A stretch of DNA of 64,000 nt, from positions 39,620,001 through 39,684,000 of the forward strand of contig OZ249436.1 of NCBI GenBank assembly GCA_965235115.1, read 5' to 3'. The DNA comes from Laetmonice hystrix (lineage: Eukaryota). Position numbers and translations under genes: made by a program. The notes under the pieces are model-generated. The model made no database searches and was not told the origin of the DNA. It saw nothing but the letters and a program-made list of their open reading frames with translations. Below are positions 37,612 to 49,166 of this stretch, in pieces. How positions within the stretch are numbered: the first letter of the stretch is position 1; each line of letters opens with the position of its first letter.

Positions 37612-40600
37612 AGGGGAAATTCAGTTTCGAACGAGAACAATCTTGGAAGAAAACTGCACACACAATTCCTCCTTTTCATTTAACTTTTAACTTTAATTTA
37701 CATGTTGATTTTTATATCAAACTTAATTAAATACCCTTGTCTCATATTGAGTTTGGAAACCTGAATATATATGTCTTTAAAAGCCGCCCATGCTGCCTAA
37801 CTTGAGAGGAACCAGATTACGGGTCAATGAACTGGGTCAGTCATACAGCTTTTTCAGCAAAGGAGTTTTATTTGTACTATTAGCGATCTGCTATAAGGGG
37901 AGGGGGGATTGGGGATCATATGCATATAGGGTAACAAATGCCGAGAGTCCGTCCTTATTTAATTATATACTTTGGGAGATTTCTTAATGTACATCCAAAA
38001 GATCGCCTCGTATTCTTTTTTATATGAAAGTTAGATGATTTTTGGATGAATATAAAAAGTCACTTAGGTACCTGTATGTTTCTCTATGACGCTCATACAT
38101 GTAGATCACTTCGGTATGCATGCCAAGATCACAATCAGTGTGTTACATTATTGGTGAACTGGCCCCGTCCCTAGCGGCAGTATATGACACGGCAGGTCCC
38201 CATCGTGCAGCACTCACTATCATTAGCTTCATCTCTATACTGAGGACTGAGGGATGAAAACAGGACACCTACAACGTTCATGAGCTGTGTCATTGACCCC
38301 CCAACCCCCTGAAGGTTAGCGTGAGCATGTAGTCCAGAAATGGTTGCAAGGGCCATCTACATAATATATGTTTTTTGTTGGTTTGCTCCTCTCAGACCGT
38401 CACTTGTTTTAAAAAAAATAAAGAATTTTTGGACACATCGACAATGCGGTAAGGCTTTTTGACGGGAGGTCTGGCTTGTATCACCTTGTTCACTCGACAT
38501 CCGGGGACATCGTGTTTTCAGCCTCCCCCTACAATCCTACATTACCGGGATACAGTAAATGATGAACGTGTAGGAAGGCAGACACTCGTGTAGGACACGG
38601 TTTTTGTAGGCCTACATTTAGCGATATTGTCCGGTTATCTAAACCGTTGACGGAGCTGTTCATGCTAGGACAGCAGCCATGGCGGCTAATTTCACTGCAG
38701 CTGCGTTTGATGGGTGGAGCGGGCCATGTGGGCAGACAGAGGTCGTATCCTACGACGGTCCCTTGGCCCGGCTGACAACCGAAACACGAAATCGCCATCA
38801 CACAGCCACATAGGTGTGAAGCCGCTCTGGATATGAAGTAGTAATACCAAAAAAACTTGGCATGATAATGGTTTACTGGTTTTATCTAACATCGATGCTT
38901 TTTGCTCATTGTGGGAGGAATTGACAAGTAGACTTAGAACCTCTCCCAGATTTTGGAGATAAGTGTTTGAAATAATGATCGTTCTGCTGATAGTTATGGT
39001 TGGTCAGTTAAAAAAAAGGTTGGAATGAATACTTTGAAAACTGGGGATTAGCAGCAGTCTTGGGTAGCTTTATGAACTCTTGAATTCATTGATTATTGAA
39101 AACACGATTATGGTCCGGGATGGTGATTAACTATTGGCTGTAGACATTTTAATGACTCGTCACAATAAGTGATTTTTTAAATAGAATAGATTGTTCTGAT
39201 ATCAGAGGTTTGGATATAGTGGATGTTCAGGAATACAACCTTAACGTGGGCGGTATGCAGCGTTTCGTGTAGCCGGAAACAAATATGAAGAGATGTAAGA
39301 GCATCAGTTGTACGGTTAGGTCCCAGGCGACGGACGGAACGCTTAGAGATCATGACAACGTGCCATCTGAGCAATTATACACTGCCAGGCCAGGCAGCCG
39401 GTAACATAGGGAGGAATGTAGCATACTACAGAACTTTAACTGTTTATTTCCTCGACAATATTATCAGTTACTCTGGGTGAGAGAATGTAGTATGGCTGAC
39501 CACCGTGTCACTGTCCAACACTATAAACAGTTCGGCTGTGTGTCCAGGAGGTCATAGGTTGAAGAAAACACAAAAATATTGATAAAAATGCGATTTTTTG
39601 TTACACCGTAAACCACGCCTTATCCCTACCCGCATCTTAATAACATTTGATGGGAATGGTTACAACTTCCCTGGGAATCTGGCTGAAACTGTTTGAGCAC
39701 AGCGATAGAAAGTGCCAGCATTGTTCTGGAAGTGACGCTTTAATTTTAATAAATATATTAAAAGCCTTTTTTCTATGATTAATACTGCAGGAGCTCTCCT
39801 TGTAAGACGTGAGACGTTCCTAATCTCATTCAGATGATATCGATTAATGACCAGCCATATGAGGTCGTCTGCTCCAGTCATCCAACGTTACATAGAAGCT
39901 TAGTATTGTGTTAGTGCGAAATGTATGACGTAAAGCCGTGGCGAAGGACAAGGGACAAGAAACACACTTTGTTAATTTCAGGTAAATGCCTGATGAGACA
40001 AGCAGAGTGAGAGAATTTTAAAACTAGGCAGACTTCGTCTCTCCTAACCTTTTAAAATCCACCCGTGGCAGTTGGCAATGCGGCGAGCAGACTGTGGGAA
40101 CAAAGGCTTACATGGAGAAATGTTATTTGTACGAGTTTCCTTTTTGTTTCAAGTGTACAACAATCAGGCGTTTTATTTCAGTTGATGACGTGAAGGCAGG
40201 CATGGATTAATATAACGGTCGTGAGAATGATGATGATGATGATTGGGGGGGGGGGGGGGAGGGAGGGGAGAGAGAGGCCCAGTTTCTGGAGTCTTCAAGT
40301 ACAAGGTTAGCCTCGGTCTCAGTATGGCCTGCACGGAGTTCTAGCCAATGGTGGCATGACGTGTGCCTATGGTCGGTCGGTTGGTCAGTCCTCAGAATCG
40401 ACCCACCCCCAGGGTAAACACATCCTGACAGAATTGACTTCCAGTTACAAATGAGTCGTCGTTGGTAACGTTCTCCAGGTTTTTACCAATAAACGAACCA
40501 ATGTCAAGATTTAAAACACGAGCAATTGGGAAGATAATGGTGATCGAGCAGTCAATCTACCGATTATCTTGGCCTGGATCAAGGGACTTCGGCGCTAGAC

Positions 40601-40773
40601 GTACCCGAGGTTTCCTGGCAGGAAGCCATGCAAAGTTGTCATTGGTTTTGATTTTGTAACTCGGAGACAGTGGTGATGGGAGACCGGCCATATTTGTGGT
40701 ACAGAGAGGAATGTCTCGGAGTCATGTTATAAAATAATTACATACCATGCCAAACGATATTACTACCCCGTAT

Positions 40774-41077
40774 CAGTGGGGGATCCAGATTTTGATAAGG
40801 GGGGGGGGCTACGCTCGGCATGATTTTATGGTGATTATGGCCATTTTGGGCCCCTTTTGGTCTATTTCAATGCTGCCAAGCCCAGAGTTATGTTGCTAAT
40901 GGATGACTGAGGAGGCCCTTTTGGGCCCAATGTTACTATCACGTACAATATAGGAGGCTTTTTAAAAGAATTTTGTTGGAATCCTGGTTTCAGGGTCCGA
41001 ATAATGCATCTGCTTAAAAAGGGGGGAGGAAAATTTAAAGGGGGAGTCAAGGGGGGTGGCCCCCGGGTCCCCCAGTG
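40774..41077. mobile_element. Non-autonomous DNA transposon (304 bp) with 5-bp TSD
   Basis: Left CAGTGGGGGATCC vs reverse complement of the right end CACTGGGGGACCC (11/13). CGTAT on both sides (40769-40773, 41078-41082). Confidence 0.7.
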
Positions 41078-41827
41078 CGTATTCACCGAGTCAGTGGGAA
41101 CAGGGTCGATTGTAAAGTTGTCCTAATCGACGCGTATTATTATGTGACGATACCTAACTATTTTTCACTTTTGGCTGTATTGGAAAAGTTATTTTTCCCC
41201 TTTTCTTACTTCACTGACATTTTGCCGTGGGATATGTCCGTGTTGAAGAGGTATATCAGTAGGTATGCTGATGATGATGCCTGTAGATCAGTATTTTTGT
41301 TCCGTTATGCTCATTATTAGTGTAATGATGAGATTGAGTGTTCCTTTTCCCTTTCCATTCAAGCTTGTAAATCCAGTTTACCCGGAAACGAGGTTTCCAG
41401 GTATACCGTTCTGCTGTTAAACACGACGTAAGAGCTTACTGACTGTTATACTGTTGGTTTGACGTTGGTGACACCATTACGTAAAGATATGAAATGCAAA
41501 CAGAACGAAATTAGAACGGTTCATGTGAGAAAGGTGTAACTACTGTTTCTAAAGTTTCAAAATGTAGAGAAATCTTTTATGAAATGGTGAAATATTTAAG
41601 ATGCCAATTCAGTATAACTTATTCCATTTTTTTTTTTCATTATTTCATTCTGTCTAAGGTAATGGTCATTTATGAATAACATGGACATCTTTGGATGGAA
41701 ATTCTAATCACCGAAATAACCCTTTTCTCGGGGGGGGGTATCTTTTGGTTTTTGTGTGATTCGCTTACTTCATTAATTTACACACGGGATGCATGAGGAA
41801 ACCGTTTCATCATAAGATAACGGTACC

Positions 41828-43269
41828 CAGGGATGAAAGTTTTCAGGAAATTTCCTGAAATCAGGAAATTTGAAAAAATCCCCCCCCCCCCAAGAAATAA
41901 CACCCAAAAAAGGAAATAGGCCTAGATCTATAGGCAAAAGAGGTAGGCATAAGCCAAGGCTAAGTATTGCCCTGGACTGTCTGGTGGGCAATTTTATTTG
42001 TTAATATCAAATGAAACAATATCCCCTTCCAGGACGTTTTTTAACACCATGCAGCTCAATATATCTCTACCTGCCAAAGTTCGTTTATAGATGGGGATAT
42101 TAGAGTGTCTCAAACCCGTCCAGTGTCACGGGTGCCGCCGTGCATAGGCCGGTCTGCCGGGGGTGCTGGTGTACCGCCCGCGGTCCCTGTAGCTGTGGTC
42201 ACATCGCTCACATAGACCGGCCCGCGTGGGCTGACTTCTACCGGCACGCGGTGGCGTCTGTCCCGTTTGGCAGGCACGGCCCCGTGTTGCTGTGGTGAGA
42301 GCGACTCACCTCAGGTAATGACTTCAGGCAAAACTGATGGTCAGGCAGCTGCGAAGCCCGTTGATTCAGGCTTGCCATTATGCCATATCCATGCGCGAGT
42401 TTTGCCTGAGCGCTCACTTAGTGATAGCAACGAGACTATAGACAGACGGTCTGTCTAGTCCCGGTGATAGTGATTAGGCTGACGAACTACGCACCATCAC
42501 AATGTCACTCCTCACAGGAAACTGGGTCAATTTAGTTCTATGAATCTGCCTAGTATATATGTCAGTAAGTTCTCATAATGTTTTCTTGCATATAAATTTG
42601 AGGATAATGGCATTACGCAAGTGGTTTTCACTGAAGTTTTGGGGTTGTCAGGACTTTTCATTACATTTATCGATCAGTGCAGGTGTCCTGATAAGACCGG
42701 AAGTGACAATATTCAGTGGCACATGGACACACGGGCTGAACCACTCGACTCAGCGACTGTGTTGCTTGGCTGAGAGCCGCTGAGGGTCGTGACTGCTGAG
42801 GGTCAAGACTGATGGACAGCCTGTGTGGTCAGTCTAACACATGGAAGCTGTTTGACAACGTAATCGGGTGCATTTTGGACGCTAAAAGCCGACTGGATTC
42901 CAATGTTGGAGAGAGACGGCAGAGCCAGGCAGAGGTTTACAGTGAGTGACAGGCAAGCAACAGCCTTGAACAGGGGCATGGACTGATGAGTGATGGAGTC
43001 TATCCAGCAAATTTGCAGGGGTGGGGGGTTGGGGGGTTGGGGGGGGGTGGCGACTAAATACTGAGGGCTAGGCCCTATGATATATAATAGCTAGGAGGCC
43101 TTATCGGATCATGATTGTCTGCTGTTCCTAGCCTGACTTTTTTTAAGGGGGGGGGGGGGGGTAAGCCTTGGATGTGCGCATGAACAAATATTAATTATGG
43201 ACATTGGCCCCCGCCGCTCCCCCCGGTCAGAATTTCAGGAAATTTTACAGCTGGCCACTTTCATCCCTG
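41828..43269. mobile_element. Non-autonomous hAT-like DNA transposon (1442 bp) flanked by GGTACC
   Basis: Perfect TIR CAGGGATGAAAGT / ACTTTCATCCCTG. GGTACC at 41822-41827 and 43270-43275. Subterminal TTCAGGAAATTT motifs at both ends. No transposase ORF. Confidence 0.85.
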
Positions 43270-44089
43270 GGTACCAAACGTTCTAAATGATATACTTCCA
43301 GGATGAAGCCCTTTTTTCTTTGCTTTGTACGTCATCTATTGCAAGCTTGCATCGCACAAGCAAAAGTTAATTAGGGTTTCACGCCTCCGCAATCGCCAGG
43401 GTAATATCGAAGCGGCCAGTTTGAGTTGGCGATGAATTTTGTGCCCCCCCCCCCCCAAAAAAAAAACAACAACTTCAGACTAATGATATATGCTCGCTTA
43501 CATACTATAATTTTCTATTTTAACCGCAGTGTCTCCATACCTAAGTGACCAATCTTTGAGGTCACCCTTTTTGCACGGCAGAGAGAACACCGCATCTGTC
43601 GTGCCAAACTAATGTGACGTCTCCCAGGAGCCTTAATTATACTTCCCAGCCGATACCCCTGCCAAGGTGAATTCTCAGTGGACACCTCTGATGATATTAA
43701 GGGTCAGTTAGTGTATAGTATATGTGTATGTGCACTAGTGTTACCTGTGGCAGTGGGACAACCCAGACCAATGGTCATTTATTATAGGTCATCACATATC
43801 CTGTCCCTCCTCAGGTATCGGTCGGCTCGTATCCATCCCGGGATGTGTAGTTTTATATGTAACAAGAAGTGTATCACAGCAGGTTCAAGGGCCCAGTCTT
43901 GTGATATCAGAATTTGAGGGGGGGGGGGTGATTTGAGTGAAAGAGGGGACGTTATATGGACGTCATATGTTCAGTTATAAGACTTGTAAGAACGGTATGT
44001 TATTTAATTATAATGCGCCCGTCGGACTGTATTGATAAGTAATATATCCTCTAGGTACACCGCAGGCATCCTACATGCACTCCACTATA

Positions 44090-44475
44090 GGGAGCGTAAG
44101 TATGTCACGTCACAATGCGTGAATCGACGAGAAATGCGCTTTGGAGGCCCAAACTGGCGCCAGCCAAATTCCGGTTCCGTTCATTTAGCATTGGGAGGCC
44201 CATTGAAAAAACGTTCTAACTGATAATTCCAAAAATACTGTTCTCTTTGTTATCAAACTGACTGTACATCAGAACCAACATCTCTTATGTCAGAAGAAAT
44301 ACATTTCATACTTAAGAAATATTTAATTGTCAAAAGAAAGGCCGATGTTTGGAGAGGTGTACGCTCGCCCTATGTTAAACCAGTGGGGGATTGTGACGTA
44401 ACGGAAGTTGCATGTCGCCAGCGGTCTGACCCAGTTAGACCGAACCTCGTTTTCGGTCGCGAGACTTACGCTCCC
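44090..44475. mobile_element. MITE (386 bp) with GGGAGCGTAAGT TIRs and TA flanks
   Basis: ATAGGGAGCGTAAGT (44087) / ACTTACGCTCCCTAT (44464) is a perfect 15-bp inverted pair, parsed as TA|GGGAG...CTCCC|TA. Confidence 0.8.
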
Positions 44476-47213
44476 TATTAGCTTGTTCATAGATAATATT
44501 GATCTTACATGAGAAACGATTGTGTCCTCGTTTGATGTGTTTTTGACTGATCGTTTGTTGCTTTCCCCAAAATTAACATCATAGAATCATTTCAAGGAAA
44601 GGCGTACTTCTACAGGACGCGTTGGAAATATTATAAAAACGATGCAGTGACGCCGTTTAGCTCCTCGGCGTGAGCTCGGATTGTGCTGCTTCCAAGGGCA
44701 TAATAGTGCTCGGAAGTTTCATTGATGTAGGCCTAACCGTTGTACACACTGACGATATATAAACCCCACCCCACTTCTCCCGGGTAGGATTAAATGTTGA
44801 TACGTACCGACTGGCCTGTATATATCGACCTTCTCCAGGTAAGATCATACCCATGTTGAGAGACCGACTTTGTTCATCAAACCTGTCTGCTTTCCTCGCC
44901 CCTTTAGGCCTACATCGTTTTCGTGCCGATACAACAGACATTATAGACTCCTCGAACTGCTTGTCTTGTAAAACCACTGAAGGCGAGGGATAGTCCCCTT
45001 ATATTACATGGCGATTACTAAACATTTAATGCTTGTCATTATTGGCCCGCCCAAAGATTAGGTTAACAGCTTCAATCATGCAGCTAGGGGGCGTTTTATT
45101 GCCCTCACCACTGTGGCCTCAGTGTAAGCTTTAGTTTTCCTTTCGGTTGCCGGGGCTTCTTGCAAATTTTACAAGCTTGTCCGAAATGGTCACGTTGTCG
45201 ATTCTACAGGGCATTGGGCAATTCACAGCTCGGTGCCGCGCAGAGGGTAAAGAGTTATCTAGCTGCGAGCATTGAGAGCTGGCATGGTTGAGAGGTGTGG
45301 GGGCCTGATATAAGCCTGGGTAATGTTGAGGGACAGTGGAGAGTAATGGTATTCTGTTCAGCGTTATTAGCTGCAGGCTGTGCATGCTAACAACTGCTGC
45401 GTACACAAGTAAATACCAGTACACGTTGTTGTCGACTGTGCCCTCGATTGTTGACCCCACGTCCACACCTGTAGTGTTCCAGCAGGCAGCGGAGATCGAT
45501 CCGGATGCCCTATGTTTGGTGCATGATTGATCATAAAATGCCCAATAAAACGAAAAGGTTAGCGGCGGTGTATCGTTTTAGCCTTTGAACATTAGAGTGA
45601 ATATGATGGTTGGAGCGAAGGCACGCGTGTCGCTGTTGGCGTATAATAAAAGCTTTATAAGACAGGTCGGACCTGCACTGCAGGAAGTCATGATCGGGCA
45701 AAACGTGGCCTCCTTCAGTGTTAGTGTCCACTACCTTTGAACCCTTGCCCAATGGTGACATGGCAAAATTCGTTTCTGTGTTACATATATATGGCCTCAG
45801 GGGGTGCAGGGTCAGGCTTACATAAGATTGTTTACGGTGGGGGTGCGTGGTTAGGTAAGGAATGTTTGCCGCTGTTAAGTTTGATGTAAGGCCGATTCTT
45901 GGTGTCTTGATGCTGTCAAAGCTGATGTAGCCTGGTTGATTGATTCTCGGTTGGACCGAGCGTAACATAACGCATGCATAACAATATCATGTACGGAATG
46001 AGACGAGGCGAGCGGCCAGTGTGGTTGTATGTATGCATGCATGTCTCAGAACAAGAGAAGACGTGGGGCAAGGGTCACTCAACCTTCAACATTAGGCAAG
46101 AGGCAAGAGGGCCGCACCCTCCAACATGGCGTTCGAGACAGAACCATGATGAGAAGAGAAGTTATGGCCCGTCTGGCCTACATACGGACAAGTGGGGATG
46201 TATGCTAGACCTCTGTTGATATATGATCTGTAACTTCAGCTGTAGATGGCACATAGTCCGGTGGTTATCTGTCCGGCTAGCTGTCTCTGTCCTAGCGTCT
46301 GAAAATACCTCTTGGGTTTTCTTCATAGGGAACAGTGCGTTCTCCTGGAACGACATGGTTTTCTGGCATTGTAAATTCAAATGGCTTACAAATATTAGTA
46401 TTTATTGAATTGTGCCCATTTATTGAATTGAAAATGCCCTGATTATCCCGCTCACTCACACTTACTCACTGTGGACTCACTCATTGGCTCTAAAATTATG
46501 TCATAACGGGTTTGGCACTTTTGACTATGTTCTACATGTAGTGCTCTCAGTGTATAAAAATGAGTGAACCATACAACAATTTCAAAAGTAGGCTGCTATA
46601 GTAAGGCTTCGTCCAGTCCCCAACTCTTTTTATCCGCGGATTTTACGCTTACCTTGACTACATTTTATATTGGTGATAACATAAGTACTGTTAACTTCAT
46701 CAAACCTGTACTCACAATTGATGATATGCCTTAGCAGCCTCATGTTCCATAATTTTTTGCTGGCCGTCCTCGTTTCTGAACTAGGTCAGACGCGGTGGAG
46801 TGTGATAAGGCATGTCAAAACGACCAGGACCGCAGGGCCTACCTATGCAGACTTATGAATGTTATGTAGTCTAGGTCCCACAAAAACTCTTCAGATTTCC
46901 GATATGTTGTATCTTTATTACATCAAGACTGTTTTTTTTCGAGCAGTGTAGTTGCATTTCAGATCCTTGAGGACTGACAACTGCAGATCTCCTCCAACCA
47001 CCTGGGACAGCCTGCAGCGCGGGACGCGCATGCGTGATGACCGTAATTAAAATATTTGACCCCGAATTCAGGTCAAGTTCTATTATTCTATATTTAACCA
47101 AAAGTCCTGTCGATATCGACGATATAAGGTGCCCAAGTGATAGAAAGACATTCAGGTTATCCTTTCAATTATTTGTGAATGCCACTGCGGCCTCGATCCT
47201 AATATTGAATATA

Positions 47214-47775
47214 CTGTGAGGTCAAGCAATCATTGAAGTGGGCCTGGCAATATGTGAGGTCGAGCAATCATTGAACTGGACCCAGGAAGAGGTCGTGAGG
47301 TCCAGCAATAATATTGAACTGGGCCCAGCAATATGTGAGGTCCAGCAATCATTGAACTGGGCCCAGCAATATGTGTCTATCTATAATTGAACTGGGCCCA
47401 GCAATATGTGAGGTCCAGCAATCATTGAACTGGGCCCAGCAATATGTGTCTATCTATAATTGAACTGGGCCCAGCAATATGTGAGGTCCAGCAATCATTG
47501 AACTGGGCCCAGCAATATGTGTCTATCTATAATTGAACTGGGCCCAGCAATATGTGAGGTCCAGCAATCATTGAACTGGGCCCAGCAATATGTGTCTATC
47601 TATAATTGAACTGGGCCCAGCAATATGTGAGGTCCAGCAATCATTGAACTGGGACCAGCAATATGTGAGGTCGAGCAATAATATTGAATTGGGCCCAGCA
47701 ATATGTGAGGTCAATCTATAATTGAACGGGGCCCAGCAAGAGGTCGTGAGGTCCAGCAATCATTGAACTGGGCCT
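47214..47775. repeat. Minisatellite of ~38- and 35-bp related monomers with a 73-bp dimeric period in the centre
   Basis: ATTGAACTGGGCCCAGCAATATGTG is followed alternately by AGGTCCAGCAATC or TCTATCTATA; TCCAGCAATC recurs at 47341 and 47414. Confidence 0.96.
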
Positions 47776-48505
47776 AGAGGTACCGTGGGCAATTATTTAC
47801 TGATCCGGGCCCAGCAGACAGTACTCTGTATGTGTGAAAGGATCTCGTAAAGAAACTCCACAGAATCCAGACCTTATTTTAGCAGTGACTTTGCACTGGA
47901 AAAAGAGAACAGTGATTTGGCTTAATGTCTGGCCGTATTCGTACGCGCAGTCGACATCCTTCATTCATAACTACAAGTTTTCAGAGGCTCTAGAGTAGGA
48001 TCTGCTGTCTCTTGACACCTTGTTCAAACTGTTGCAGTCCTGCCTAGCGGCGACAGCAAAACAGCATTCGAATTCTTTCTTTTTTTTTAACTGAAACTCA
48101 GCTTGAAAAATGAGCAGCGGACTATACAAGGACTATACACAGAGGATCCATGTATCACTCGTTGTTTGCATAGCAGGGTCTCCACGCGACCATGTTTATG
48201 CAAGACTCCATCAATTCTGAATCTCGCCAGAGAGCGGTGGGCAACAGTAGGCTTTCGGTGCTTAAATTGTAAACGGCTCATGTAATGCTGTATGATAAAT
48301 AAAAGGATATTCTAGAAACATAAATTCGGAAGTTAATACAGAAAAACCTGTACAACGTAAAAGTGTTATGATATTAAAGCTGTTTTGAGTGTTTGAGGTG
48401 AATTCAATGTCAGCCTGTTCCAACCTGACCCCCCCCCCCTCCCCCATCCAAAGAAAACCTATTTAAAAGGAGTCAGAACTGGTAGATTCGATGTAGAGCT
48501 GATTC

Positions 48506-49091
48506 ATACAGTATCCGACAGAACTGATACAGTATCTGACAGAACTGATACAGTAGCCGACAGAACTGATACAGTATCCGACAGAACTGATACAGTATCC
48601 GACAGAACTGATACAGTATCCGACAGAACTGATACAGTATCCGACAGAACTGATACAGTATCCGACAGAACTGATACAGTATCTGACAGAACTGATACAG
48701 TATCCGACAGAACTGATACAGTATCCGACAGAACTGTTTCAGTATCAGACAGAACTGATACAGTATCAGACAGAACTGATACAGTATCAGACAGAACTGA
48801 TACAGTATCTGACAGAACTGATACAGTATCCGACAGAACTGATACAGTATCCGACAGAACTGATACAGTATCCGACAGAACTGTTTCAGTATCCGACAAA
48901 ACTGATACAGTATCAGGCAGAACTGATACAGTATCAGACAGAACTGATACAGTATCAGACAGAACTGATACAGTATCAGGCAGAACTGATACAGGATCAG
49001 ACAGAACTGATACAGTATCAGACAGAACTGATACAGTATCAGACAGAACTGATACAGTATCAGACAGAACTGATACAGTATCAGACAGAAC
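48506..49091. repeat. 21-bp minisatellite (GATACAGTATC[C/A/T]GACAGAACT)n, ~28 copies
   Basis: Direct tandem repetition. Confidence 0.98.
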
Positions 49092-49153
49092 GGTGTCCTG
49101 ATTGAAATGTTGCGATTTATACGTCAGTGAATTGACGTCTTACGCGGCCAGGA

Positions 49154-49166
49154 TGACCTTTGACCC
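49154..49166 (-). promoter_or_regulatory. DR1 nuclear-receptor-type motif (GGGTCA-A-AGGTCA)
   Basis: TGACCTTTGACCC on the + strand; motif match only. Confidence 0.25.

Noticed and set aside
30951..49091. Repetitive ORFs at 30951, 35096, 37094 and 48504
   Set aside because: All coincide with tandem repeats and show no coding signal.
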